Source: Rhynchopus sp. YZ270_cl-10 | Taxonomy: Eukaryota | Length of the DNA: 64,000 bases | NCBI GenBank assembly: GCA_964035575.1 | Contig: OZ037837.1 | Location: 1,116,001-1,180,000, forward strand | Direction: 5' to 3' | Shown here: positions 33,738 through 45,652 of the stretch, piece by piece | How positions within the stretch are numbered: position 1 is the first letter of the stretch | Layout: every line of letters starts with the position of its first letter | Notes under the pieces: generated by a model | Told to the model about the DNA's origin: nothing | The model's input: only the letters and a program-made list of their open reading frames with translations | Databases searched by the model: none | Made by a program: the position numbers and the translations under genes

Positions 33738-35072
33738 ATGGAACTGACCATCAAGGACTGCTCCAACAACTTGTACGTGATCGAGGTGGGTGTGGATGAC
33801 ACAACGGAGACGATGCGGCAGAAGGTGGCGACTGCAGCAGGGTTAGCTGAGGACAGCTTCCACATGGGCTTCGGAGGGAAGCAGGAAGGAGAGGACATCA
33901 CGCAGCTGAGTGCTGGAGACACAGTCGTGCTGACGAAGACGAAGAAGTACGAAGCCCTTGCAGAGCTTCATGCGTTGGGTGAGACCGATATCGCTGCAGA
34001 GAGGCTGGAGACTGTGGAGGATCCTGTGGTGGCGTGTTTGCTTCTGCAGGCGGAAGTTGCGACTCTCATTCCGAATCGCTTCTTGGCAGAGACATCGTTA
34101 ACAACACTTGATCTGAGTGCTGTTTCGTGTGTGACGGAAATTCGTGACTTTTTTCTTGTCGAGTGCACAACGTTGACAAGTATCAACCTCTCTGGGTTGT
34201 GCAATGTCACAGACATAGGCGATTGCTTTCTTAACGACTGCAAGAGCCTCGCAGTGCTGAACTTGGCACCACTCAGCAAGGTTACGATAGTGGGTGGTTT
34301 CTTTCTCTGCGGCTGCAGCAGCCTCACAGAACTAGACTTGACATCGCTCGCCAATCTTACACAACTACGTGAATACTTTCTTGCCGGCTGCACAGGCCTC
34401 ACAGCATTAGATTTGTCGCCACTCACCAGGATTACACAACTTGACGAGAACTTTCTTCAAGGCTGCAAGAGCCTCACAGTATTAGACTTGTCGCCACTCA
34501 GCAGGATTGCGCACATAGATGAAAGCTATCTTGCCAACTGCTGGGGCCTCAGAGAACTAAACTTGTCGTCACTCAGCAATCTTTCAGACATTAATGGTTG
34601 GTTTCTTGAGGACTGCAGGAGCCTCACAGAACTAGACTTGACACCACTCAGCAATGTTACAGACATAGATGACTGTTTTCTTGACGGCTGTACCAGCCTC
34701 ACCGAACTAGACTTGTCGCCTCTCGAAAATATTGCGCAAATAGGAGAGTGCTTTCTCGACAACTGCAGCAGCCTCACAGAACTAGACTTGACGCCGCTGT
34801 CCATGGTTTATAAAATCGGTGATGGCTTTCTCGCCAACTGCACCAGCCTCACAGTGCTTGACTTATCCCCACTCGGCATAGTCATGCACATGGGTGAGCT
34901 ACGTGCTGAGCTATACACTTCGTTGAAGAGCATCCACCTCTCCGGCTGCAGCAGCGCTGTGTCGAGTCGAGTACAGGAAAGCAACCTGAAGGAGCTTGTT
35001 GATGCACGTCCGAAACGTAGCAGAGACGAATCTCCCGAGCAGTGCCGCAAGCGACGGAGAGGCTCAGAATGA
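33738..35072 (+). CDS. UBL-LRR-NLS protein copy D (11 LRR units, 444 aa)
   Basis: Family ATG context; intact frame. Confidence 0.92.
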   Translation: MELTIKDCSNNLYVIEVGVDDTTETMRQKVATAAGLAEDSFHMGFGGKQEGEDITQLSAGDTVVLTKTKKYEALAELHALGETDIAAERLETVEDPVVACLLLQAEVATLIPNRFLAETSLTTLDLSAVSCVTEIRDFFLVECTTLTSINLSGLCNVTDIGDCFLNDCKSLAVLNLAPLSKVTIVGGFFLCGCSSLTELDLTSLANLTQLREYFLAGCTGLTALDLSPLTRITQLDENFLQGCKSLTVLDLSPLSRIAHIDESYLANCWGLRELNLSSLSNLSDINGWFLEDCRSLTELDLTPLSNVTDIDDCFLDGCTSLTELDLSPLENIAQIGECFLDNCSSLTELDLTPLSMVYKIGDGFLANCTSLTVLDLSPLGIVMHMGELRAELYTSLKSIHLSGCSSAVSSRVQESNLKELVDARPKRSRDESPEQCRKRRRGSE

Positions 35073-35747
35073 TAGAAGGCCGGTGCGTTTGCGACTGGCC
35101 AGAGCACAGTCAGCCGCCGGTACTTTTCCTTCAGTTAAGAAAATCAATTTATTCTGGTGAAATATTCACTTTCCCTCCACTCGTGACCTTTCAGAAACTT
35201 GTGTCTGACTTTATCCCACTCCCTTCGCTGAGATAAAGTCTATTTCCCCACTCGCTTCGCTCGTGGGGTAAAATGACACTCGTTTCTGAAAGGCACACTC
35301 GTGTGAAGAAAAGTTAATTTTTTCTGAGATGCATGCACAGCTATTTTTAGTAAACACGTAGTATTTGACAAAATGCTCGAGACCCTCGTGAAAAGTCGCG
35401 CGTCTGCGTATCCCCCCCTCCCCGTTTGTTTCCCCCCGCTCTCTTTTCCCCCCTGTGCTCCACGAAACTTTCTGTACTTCAGGCAAACACATCCATACCG
35501 TAAATCAAGTCGAAGAAAAAAAAACAAAAAACAAACTCCACACCCACGAGGCGAGCGCTTTGGCAGGCGCTTGTAAGGACAGCCAAAAGACTTGATTCTG
35601 AATCAGATGTGGTGTGGAAGCGAACAACAGACAACCTTTATTTCCCCCCTCCCGTTTATAGTCTTTTAATCAACAAAGCAAAGAGAAACGATTCTCTCGA
35701 GCATTTTGGGGACATGACACTTGTGACATATCTTAGGAAATGTTTTA

Positions 35748-36142
35748 CACTATTTATTTTGAATGTGTGTTTTTGGGTTTAAATAGCCGTTTAGGGGGGT
35801 TCTACTCCACTATGTCACATTTTGACGCTGTCCCACTCAAACTGGCCACCGTGAGCACGAATCGAAAACTTTTGTGCATCTGATTGCACCTCCGAGGCTG
35901 TGGAGGGAGGGGGTGGGTACCACCCACTACCTATAGGATTTGTACAGTAAAACCATAGGGGGGACCCTTATGATTTTTTGGATTTTTGACCAACTTTTTT
36001 GAATCACGAATTTGCTCGATTTTTTTTTGATTATATAGTTTACCCACCCTAGCGATCCATTAAAGCAAGAATTTTTCACTTTTGAGCAAACGTTGCATGT
36101 TCTAAATACAGCCCAAAATACACACATTCAAAATAAATAGTG
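35748..36142. mobile_element. Non-autonomous CACTA (EnSpm)-like element, 395 bp
   Basis: Ends CACTATTTATTTTGAATGTGTGT ... ACACACATTCAAAATAAATAGTG, TTA duplicated on both sides; empty site near 39378-39384. Confidence 0.88.
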
Positions 36143-37590
36143 TTAGTATTCGTGAAAATGATTCTCGTGCTCCTCACTTCTCCTCCACACTATGTCAATA
36201 CAACAGGTTAGACCGTTTGGTCTGGGAGGGTTTGGGGTTTCTTCTTCTTCAGTTCAATCTTGAACAATTTCGAGAGCAGTTTTTATATTTTTCAGAAAAA
36301 AATGAAACAAAACGAACTGCCCATTTTTTTTTTTATTCGCGATTTTTCCCACCCCCGCTTTTAGAATCAACAGAGTGTGTACATTAAGATTTTTTCTGCC
36401 ACTTTTATGATTCAAAGAGTGAACTACGCAACTAAAGAGATGGAGATCTTCGCCTCCTGCTCCTCCGCATGACTCTGCATGGCACGAAGAGCTTCTTGCA
36501 GCTTCGCCCTAGTGCGCGTGCCATTGCTAGACGTGGTAAGAGAAGAAAGAAAAATATGCCAAGAAAGAAGGGAAAGCTTTCTGATAAAAATTCATGAGAG
36601 GAGAAATAAATCTGTTCGATAAAAGAAACGCAAGCTTTTTTATTTTATCTTGTTCAACAAAATAGAAGCAACGCGAAGGGGACTGCACAACAAGTATACT
36701 TCACAAACGTTTTCCCCTCCATCCCTCATATTTTTTTACGAACTCGCCGTGTGCGCTGTGCTCCACCCATACCCACACAGCACAACGCAATGTCCAAGAA
36801 ACACGGTGCTGGCATTTGCACGGGACGCGAGCAGGGGTGGCTTGGCTGCGCTTGGGCGTTGTTTTGGGTTTGGGGCACGGTGCACTGGGTGGGCTGGTGG
36901 GCGGGATCGCAGGAGGGAGACGTCGTTGTCGGAGGACACAGGTGCAGGGCACGTTGTGTGGTAGTGCAGCACGACTGGTTCTGGCTCGATGTGCAGTGTG
37001 TTGTCGTTGTGGTGATGCTGGGGTGGAACAGGGACGTGCCCAGCCATGGGGTGCTTTCGTGCATTTGTCTGGCACCTCGGCTTGCCGTGGTTGCAGCACG
37101 AGAGCACCTTTGGCGTTCTTGCTGGGGTGGGTGGGGTGGGGTGCGCTGGTGTGGGGTGCCTATCTTGGGTGGTGTTTTTCTTCAGTGTGTGGGTTCACTT
37201 TCGCGACATGGCACTGTGCCGTCTGTGCCCTCAGGCAGGTGGCAGCTGGTGGGTGTTCTTCTCCCAGGTCGTCTAATCAGTCACCTACCATTGTGCGTCT
37301 GCGTGATGCGTGCAAAGGACGTCGTGCTCAGGGCTGGTTGGGGACACTCTTGCTTCTGGTGGGGATGGGGACACTCGCGTGCTGTGAGTGGTGACGGTGG
37401 GAGCGCTCTGCTTGCTTGTGTGCCTGTCTGCCATACTTCGTGACGTATGCGGCATGTATGTGTACGCTAAACATTGGCTGAGACGGCTTCGTGCGGTGTC
37501 GTTGCACGGCTCTGCCTGCCAAGGGGTTTCTACGTCGTTGCCCCAACCCCACAACCCCACCACACAACAGAGCAACACAAAAGAAGACAA

Positions 37591-38994
37591 ATGGAACTGA
37601 CCATCAAGGACTGCTCCAACAACTTGTACGTGATCGAGGTGGGTGTGGATGACACAACGGAGACGATGCGGCAGAAGGTGGCGACTGCAGCAGGGTTGGC
37701 TGAGGACAGCTTCCACATGGGCTTCGGAGGGAAGCAGGAAGGAGAGGACATCACGCAGCTGAGTGCTGGAGACACAGTCGTGCTGACGAAGACGAAGAAG
37801 TACGAAGCCCTTGCAGAGCTTCATAAGTTGGGTGAGACCGATATCACTGCAGAGAGGCTGGAGACTGTGGAGGATCCTGTGGTGGCGTGTTTGCTTCTGC
37901 AGGCGGAGGTTGCGACTCTCATTCCGCATGGCTTCTTGGCAGTCACATCGTTGACAACACTTGATCTGAGTGCTGTTTCGTGTGTGACGGAAATTCGTGA
38001 CTCTTTTCTTGCCGACTGCACAACGTTGACAAGTATCAACCTCTCTGGGTTGTGCAATGTGACGCGGATCGGTGAAGGCTTTCTTTCCGGCACAGGCCTC
38101 ACAGCATTAGACTTGACACCACTCAGCAGTATTGCACACATAGGTGATCGCTTTCTTGACGGCTGTGAGAGCCTCACAGAACTAGACTTGTCAGCACTCA
38201 GCAGAATTGCGCAAATAGGCGAAAGCTTTCTTTTCGGCACAGGCCTCACAGAGATAGACTTGGCACCACTCAGCAGGATTGTAAAAATAGATGGTTGCTT
38301 TCTTCTCGGCTGCAGGAGCCTCACAAAATTAAACTTGACACCACTCAGCAGGGTTACGCAAATAGGAGAAAGGTTTCTTGAGGAGTGCAGGAGCCTCACA
38401 GAGCTAGACTTGACACCACTCAGCAATGTCACAGACATAGGCGATTGCTTTCTTGACGGCTGCAAGAGCCTCACAGTGCTGAACTTGGCACCACTCAGCA
38501 AGGTTACGATAGTTGGTAGTTTCTTTCTCTGCGGCTGCAGCGGCCTCACAGAACTAGACTTGACATCGCTCGCCAATATTACACAACTACGTGAATACTT
38601 TCTTGCCGGCTGCACAGGCCTCACAGCATTAGATTTGTCGCCACTCGAAAATATTGCGCAAATAGGAGAGGGCTTTCTCAACAACTGCTGGTGCCTCACA
38701 GAACTAGACTTGTCCCCACTCAGCAATGTTACAGACATAGGCGAATATTTTCTTGCCAACTGCACCAGCCTCACAGTGCTTGACTTATCCCCACTCGGCA
38801 TAGTTATGCACATGGGTGAGCTACCTGCTGACCAGTACAGTTCGTTGAAGAGCATCCACCTCTCCGGCTGCAGCAGCGCTGTGTCGAGTCGAGTACAGGA
38901 AAGCAACCTGAAGGAGCTTGTTGATGCACGTCCGAAACGTAGCAGAGACGAATCTCCCGAGCAGTGCCGCAAGCGACGGAGAGGCTCAGAATGA
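37591..38994 (+). CDS. UBL-LRR-NLS protein copy E (12 LRR units, 467 aa)
   Basis: Family ATG context; intact frame. Confidence 0.92.
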   Translation: MELTIKDCSNNLYVIEVGVDDTTETMRQKVATAAGLAEDSFHMGFGGKQEGEDITQLSAGDTVVLTKTKKYEALAELHKLGETDITAERLETVEDPVVACLLLQAEVATLIPHGFLAVTSLTTLDLSAVSCVTEIRDSFLADCTTLTSINLSGLCNVTRIGEGFLSGTGLTALDLTPLSSIAHIGDRFLDGCESLTELDLSALSRIAQIGESFLFGTGLTEIDLAPLSRIVKIDGCFLLGCRSLTKLNLTPLSRVTQIGERFLEECRSLTELDLTPLSNVTDIGDCFLDGCKSLTVLNLAPLSKVTIVGSFFLCGCSGLTELDLTSLANITQLREYFLAGCTGLTALDLSPLENIAQIGEGFLNNCWCLTELDLSPLSNVTDIGEYFLANCTSLTVLDLSPLGIVMHMGELPADQYSSLKSIHLSGCSSAVSSRVQESNLKELVDARPKRSRDESPEQCRKRRRGSE

Positions 38995-41629
38995 TAGAAG
39001 GCCGGTGCGTTTGCAACCGGCAAGAGCACAGTCAGCCGCCGTGTCTGCGTATCTCCCACCAGTTTGTTTTCTCCCGCTCTCTTTTCTCCCGTGTGCTCCA
39101 CGAAACTTTGTGTACTTCAGGAAAACACATCCATACCGTAAATCAAGTCGAAGAAAAAAAACAAAAAAACAAAGTCCACACCCACGAGGCGAGCGCTTTG
39201 GCAGGCGCTTGTAAGGACATCCAAAAGACTTGCATCTGAATCAGAAGTGGTGTGGAAGCGAAGAATAACAACCTTTATTTTCCCCCTCCCGTTTATAGTC
39301 TTTTAATCAACAAGCAAAGAGAAACGAGTCTCTCGAGCATTTTGGGTACATGACACTTGTGACATATCTTAGGAAATATTTTAGTATTCGTGAAGACGAT
39401 TCTCGTGCTCCTCACTTCTCCCCCACACTATATCAATACAACAGGTTAGACCGTTTGGTCTGGGAGGGTTTGGGGTTTCTTCTTTCTTTTAGTTCAGTCT
39501 TGAACAATTTTGAGAGGAGTTTTTATATTTTTCAGAAAAAAGTGAAACAAAAAAGAAAACGAACAACATTGCGTACAGACCCTAGGTTCCCCAAGCGGGT
39601 CCTGAGGCGATTGTGGACACAACAAATGAGGGAAGAAGAGCCCAACCTATTCAAACCCAAACCTTTGCACTTTAGTGTGATCTGGGGTGAGGAAGCGTTC
39701 CAACTTTTTAACCTCTTTTCCCTCTTCTATTCGCGATTTTTTGCGCCCCGTTTTTAGAGTCAACAGAGTGTGTATGTTAAGGTTTTTTCTGCCACATTTA
39801 TGATTCAAAGAGTGAACTACGCAACCAAAGAGATGGAGATCTTCGCCTCCTGCTCCTCCGCATGACTCTGCATGGCACGAAGAGCTTCTTGCAGCTTCGC
39901 CCTAGTGCGCGTGCCATTGCTAGACGTGGTAAGAGAAGAAAGAAAAATATGCCAAGAAAGAAGGGAAAGCTTTCTGATAAAAATTAATGAACACAAAAAA
40001 CCAGCGCGTGCGAAAGAAAAAAAATCGACGTAAGCGTGAACGATCACCGGCACCGCCGCCCCATCAAGCGCAAACCTCCCCATCTGAGGACAAGGAACCT
40101 GTTAATAAACGTCATAGATACGACCAGCTGGATTCTTCTGAAAAGAAAGGCCCGAGATCAGAAGCCTTTTCGTGAGTGAACTTTTTGGACAGTGGAGATT
40201 GCACAACTGTGGCAACACAACCGAGGCAACTACACTACTCCAACAATTTATCAAAAAGACAAGAAAATATTTTTTCTGATTCAAAGTGGTGTTTATGTAA
40301 AAGAAACGCAAGCTTTTTTGTTTTATCTTGTTCAAAAAATAGAAGCAACGCGAAGGGGGCTGTACAAAGTAAACTTTACAAACGTTTTCCCCTCCATCCC
40401 TCATATTTTGATACTAACTCGCCGTGTGCGCTGTGCTCCACCCATTACCCACACAGCACAACGGAACGTCCACGAAACACGGTGCTGGCATTTGCACGGG
40501 ACGCGAGTAGGGGTGGCTTGGCTGCGCTTGGGCGTTCTTTTGGGTTTGGGGCACGGTGCACTGGGTGGGCTGGTGGGCGGGATCGCAGGAGGGAGACGTC
40601 GTTGTCGGAGGACACAGGTGCAGGGCACGTTGTGTGGTAGTGCAGCACGACTGGTTCTGGCTCGATGTGCAGTGTGTTGTCGTTGTGGTGATGCTGGGGT
40701 GGAACAGGGACGTGCCCAGCCATGGGGTGCTTTCGTGCATTTGTCTGGCACCTCGGCTTGCCGTGGTTGCAGCACGAGAGCACCTTTGGCGTTCTTGCTG
40801 GGGTGGGGTGCCTATCTTGGGTGGTGTTTTTATTCAGTGTGTGGGTTCACTTTCGCGACATGGCACTGTGCCGTCTGTGCCCCTCAGGCAGGTGGCAGCT
40901 GTGCACATCTCCCCACTTACCCTGGGAGTGGTAGAGGGGCAGCGGGGTGTGTGGAAAGGCAGTGGGTGGGGGTGGGATGGCAGCAGCGGTTCTGCCGTCT
41001 GTGTACCATGCCCCACGGTGGGGGGAAGACACAGCGTAGCACCTGAGGCCACGTTAGTCACTGTTAGGCTTGCTTATGGGTGACGGAGTTGGATGCATGA
41101 CGTCTGTGAGGTTGACGTAGGGGGCGTGCATGTGTCCATGCGCGAGTGGATTGTGTTGAAGCATGCCTGCAAAGGGTGATGTCGTTGGCCCGTTCTGCTG
41201 GCATATCGTGTGCCCCGCTGCTGCCGCAGCTCACTCTGCCTGTCTGCTGGACTCTGCATGAGGTCAAACAGCCTTCTGCGCATGGTATTTACATGCGTGT
41301 TGGATGGAGGGGGTTCCACGTAGCAGGAACGTCCCAGTCGTGGGGGGAGCTTGCTCTGTAGGACTTCCTATAGAAGGATTAAATAGAGAGTCCAAATAGG
41401 AGAATTGATTTAATCCAATAACATCCAATAAAATCCAGTGAGTGGGTGGTGAGAAGGAAAATCTGGAAAAAGCTGGCAGAGAAGCCCCCACACCTGATTC
41501 CCCCCCAAGTATCAATCGAGTTCGACCTGCGCAGCCCGTGCCTGTGCGTTCTCCTGCTCTTTGCTTTCTCTGCTTTCTTTTCTTAGGTCTTCCTCCTGCG
41601 ACTCATCCAAGCCTTTCCACCGCTGGCTG

Positions 41630-41881
41630 TCACCCGTTTTTGACGCGCGCATGTGGTATTTGTGCACAGTTGTCAGTTTGTGAACGTTGAGGGGAAATAA
41701 ACAGTTTCTCCTTTTGCCATCCCATGCAACTGAACACCCTCTCCATCCCCGCCGTCCCACTGGGTATACGTGCAAGCTTTTCAATACTCGAAAGATGCGG
41801 GTCTTCCAGCAGCGCGTCGCACAGCTGCCACCACCGATCTGGTGCAACGAACTTTGCCTGTCTCCACAGGGCCCTATTCAT
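41630..41881 (-). pseudogene. hAT transposase C-terminal (dimerisation region) fragment
   Basis: WW...LARIPSGTAGMERVFSCMG matches the hAT motif WW...LxIPxSSAxxERxFS. Confidence 0.65.
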
Positions 41882-42139
41882 ACATGGCTATAATAAAAAA
41901 AAAACATGGATAATAAAATCCAATTAAATCCTTGCCATCTTTGGGACTCCCCCCTCCTCAACACCCGGTGCTGCCGGTCACAGACCAGCTTCTTAACACT
42001 GAACCCTTTTTCTCGTACCTGCATAGCCCTCGTTACAAAAGCTCCTTCTTCCGCAACACAGGCACATCCTCTCTTCTTTGCGCACACTTCCTTGCAGGCT
42101 GCACGCCTTGCGAAGCAAACACCCGCGTCAGATCCTTTT

Positions 42140-42355
42140 ATAGTATTTGGACGCCTGATTTCAGGTTGGCAATGGCATACTAGTCCGCAGGTTGCAGTAT
42201 GTGGGTGCACCAGGGTGTGCTTTTCACCACCTCCTGTGAGGTGCTCCCGCGCGTACGCTTTGAAGTGCTGCGTTGCACTGTCTACGGTAAGGATTGCCTT
42301 TATGTCCCTGTCCCCGCGTGTTGTGACGACACGCTTCTTAAGCCACGTCCAGTTG
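42140..42355 (-). pseudogene. Second pogo-like (DDE_1) transposase fragment
   Basis: Manual translation KAILTVDSATQH / frameshift / CTHILQPAD*YAIANLK. Confidence 0.6.
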
Positions 42356-42774
42356 CGTACGCAGTTTTTTTTTGTTCCTTACACGTACTGTTATTGGAAA
42401 CTCGAATAATAAAGCCAACGTTTAGTCGCCTGATACTGACTATGTTCTCCCTCCCTTTAAAAATTACTTTCGCCAAAATTCAGATCTCACACACTGTTTT
42501 TTTTTGGATGCGTTCAACGAAAATAATCTTTCCCCATTTCTAGCCGAGAAATCAAGATCCGTTGGCAGACTGTAATAGTCGAGTATAGTGGAAGCGAACA
42601 ACAAACAACCTAAATTTTTCCTCTTCCCGTTTTTATCCTTTTGAGCAACAAGCAAAGAGTAACGAGTCTCTCGAGCATTTTGTTTCTTCTTTTTTTAAAG
42701 CTGGCCGTTCTTGACGTTCTTTGTCACACTACACCACCACACCACACCACACCCGGCAGGCTCCATACACAGTC

Positions 42775-44244
42775 ATGCAGAACATGCGACAGTTCTTCCT
42801 GGGGGCAGCTGTGTCTGTAGCATTTATCTTCGTCTGGATCTCCCTGGCACCATGCCGTCAGCTACCACCGCCACCGCCTGCTTGCGATCGCATCAGTACT
42901 CCCGATCATGCACCACCATTGCGCCATCCACACACACCCGAGAAGGCGAAGCCGAAGAAGGAAGCTCCGAGGCCCTCCGTTGCGCCCGAGTTTGCAGGGC
43001 AGTATGAGTTCTACATGACAGACTCGCGGTTTGCGGAGCTGCGTGACCCGAAGTGGTTGATTGAAAAGGATATCGTTGCCTGGCCGACGTGGGTCCTCAC
43101 TGCACTTAACAACTACGCATACTGCAAGAAGCACGGATACGACATCACACTATGGGCGACCCCTAGCCCAGCCGTTTCCAACTACAGCAACCGCGGCTGG
43201 GGCAATGCCCTTGCCGCACAGTACATCAGCTCGCGCTCCCAACAAGGTGGCTGGCCTGACCGGGACTGGCTGATCTACCTCGACTCTGACAGCTATGTAA
43301 GACGAGTTGACACTCGGGTGGAGGAATTCTTGTCAGCACACCCGATGTACACACCCCTGGAGGCAGAGGACGCACAGTCGAGCCTCTTGCTGAAGGAGGA
43401 GGGGAACACACCAAAGGCACTGAAAAAGGCACGCAAGGTGGTGAACGCAACCGAAGAAGTGTTCGCCCTCCTGGCTGCAGAGGTGCCTCTCCCTGTAGTG
43501 CTTCAAGGCATTGCACCGGATTCGTGGGTCAACACTGGCGTGATTTTTTTTAACCTTCGTCACAAACTGTCAAACTTCCTATTAACAGAGTGGACCCGCT
43601 CGGTCACCTCAGGGATATGTGACGGTAGATTCCGATTTGATAGGATTGCTGAACAGACCTGCCTGAATACGATGTTCTTCGCGAAAAACGAACAGTTTGG
43701 GTATATGAAGCACATCGCCCTGCAAGAAGACCCCGCGAGGTTCAATTCACCTGTGGGTGACTACGTTCGACACACCTGGGGGGGCAACAGCGGTGGCTTC
43801 ACGTTTCTTCTCTTCGGAAGCGAGCTGATCAGTATGGGGTACAGATCGACGCGGCAGATCCACAACCTGCTCCGGGAGATGGTGGCGTCTGGAGCTGTCC
43901 GCCCACTGCCGATGGTGCTCGGGGAGAAGGCGCCTGCGTACATTGTGAACGATGACAACTGGGACATCCAGACCGAGGAGATGGCGCAGCAAGCGGACAT
44001 CCTTGTCCGCAGCAGCTGGCAGCCTGCCTTCTCACGCAGCCCCGCCATCGGTACCTTCCTTCCTGTCGTTGCTGCTTCATCCAGCGAATGTCTTGTCACC
44101 GCACACCGTGATCACACCTGCTCAGCTATCGTATGGAGGGTACGGGACAATATGCGAGGTGATTGCTTCTGCTATTCTGACCTACAGAGCCCCGAGCTCG
44201 TCACCGAGCCCTTCACCGTGACGTGGACCCCGCGGGTTCTTTAG
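42775..44244 (+). CDS. Type II membrane glycosyltransferase, GT34 (GMA12/MNN10)-like
   Basis: N-terminal TM and Pro-rich stem; NNYAYCKKHGY, DWLIYLDSD (DxD), NTGVIFF and EQTCL motifs. Confidence 0.82.
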   Translation: MQNMRQFFLGAAVSVAFIFVWISLAPCRQLPPPPPACDRISTPDHAPPLRHPHTPEKAKPKKEAPRPSVAPEFAGQYEFYMTDSRFAELRDPKWLIEKDIVAWPTWVLTALNNYAYCKKHGYDITLWATPSPAVSNYSNRGWGNALAAQYISSRSQQGGWPDRDWLIYLDSDSYVRRVDTRVEEFLSAHPMYTPLEAEDAQSSLLLKEEGNTPKALKKARKVVNATEEVFALLAAEVPLPVVLQGIAPDSWVNTGVIFFNLRHKLSNFLLTEWTRSVTSGICDGRFRFDRIAEQTCLNTMFFAKNEQFGYMKHIALQEDPARFNSPVGDYVRHTWGGNSGGFTFLLFGSELISMGYRSTRQIHNLLREMVASGAVRPLPMVLGEKAPAYIVNDDNWDIQTEEMAQQADILVRSSWQPAFSRSPAIGTFLPVVAASSSECLVTAHRDHTCSAIVWRVRDNMRGDCFCYSDLQSPELVTEPFTVTWTPRVL

Positions 44245-44710
44245 TGTGAGAATCACTTTATAAGGGGGGAAATTTATGGGGTCTAGTGGTGGAGGGTACG
44301 ATGGGATGCAAAAAAAAAAATGTTGCCAAAAATATTACCTATATTCTCGAACTTTTCTACCGATGTGATTTTTCATTGGACGCATCACCCATTGTATTAG
44401 AACAAGATAGAAAAGAGACAGTATTTATTTCCGAACACACACACACACTATTGCAATCATTCAATCCGAAAGAGACCGATCATTTCGGGTTGTATGTTGT
44501 TTCTAAAAATAACATTTTTTTCTTTCCAAAATTTTTCACAAAAATGTGGTGCAGCTTTGGGAGTATACCTTAAAAGGACCCGAGGAGGACCTTTTTTTTT
44601 ACACTTTATTTTTTTTGGTGTGCAATAACACCAGACCAAACCACACCTAGAAGGAGAATCATAGGTGTAGAAAGGCTGGGGCGGAAGAAAAACGTGCGGC
44701 GTCTTTTTTT

Positions 44711-45652
44711 TATATCATCCAAAATCTGCCCAGCCGTATAAAAAAGCCCGATTTTGGTCTGGTTTTTAAGTGATCCATTTTTCGTTAAAAAAATTGTCCG
44801 ACCCCGGAATTTTTTCAGATTGCCCCGGAAATTCATATAAGCGCGTTTTCGGAGGGAAAAATTGCACCCTCGGTGTCGCAAACGCTTGCGGGCGTGCCCG
44901 CAATCATCCTCGGAATTATTAGCCCAATTTTTTTTTTCGATTTTTATTTATTATGAAAGATCGGGTGTAAAATCGTTCAATTCCGGGGTCGGACAATTTT
45001 TTTTTTATGCACCTGTGGTTTTCTGAAGAAAAATCGTGAGGGGGGTGGTTTTCAGTAGGTTCCTTAAGGTTTTCCCTTATCACACCCATTTCCTTAAGGA
45101 TTTCCCTTGTAAAACGGGGTTTTCCTTCTAATGACCAAGATGTTTCACCATGAAGTAACTTCAAGAAAGTTTTCGATTTTTTTTTTCTTTGGAATGAGGG
45201 TTCACAATATCATTCAAATAACGCCGGTTTCGTCTCGCAGAAAATTTTTCGCTGTCACTAGTATTTGTGCGGGAAGTTGGCCCGTTTTGCTAAGGAATTT
45301 ACCTGTATTAGTACCTAATAGCCATGGTCTGGTTTTTATGTAACTTCAACTCCACTAAAGTTTTCGATTTTTATTTTATTTTATTGGGCGGAGTCCGGAA
45401 ATGCATATAGGCTAAATTTTTTGGGCGTTTGTTGACACTTTATTTCTTGAGTCACCGATAAGAAAACGAGAAAAAACCGACACGGCCATTTCAGAAAAAA
45501 TATTTTTTTTATTTTTTTGAGATTTTTATTTCTTTTGAAAGCGCGGTTTCGAAACGTTTAATTCCGGTGTCGGACGATAAAAAATATGCATCTCACATTT
45601 CTGAGTGAAAAATATGAAAAAGTATACGGCTAGCGAGATTTTGGATGATATA
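44711..45652. mobile_element. Non-autonomous TIR element (30-bp TIR, TA ends; Tc1/mariner-pogo-like)
   Basis: TATATCATCCAAAATCTGCCCAGCCGTATA vs reverse complement of 45623-45652, 27/30 match; internal inverted TGTCCGACCCCGGAA motifs. Confidence 0.75.

Noticed and set aside
35120..35400. Insertion downstream of copy D relative to copy E as a TIR element
   Set aside because: Only a weak ~8-bp inverted match and no clear TSD, so left unclassified
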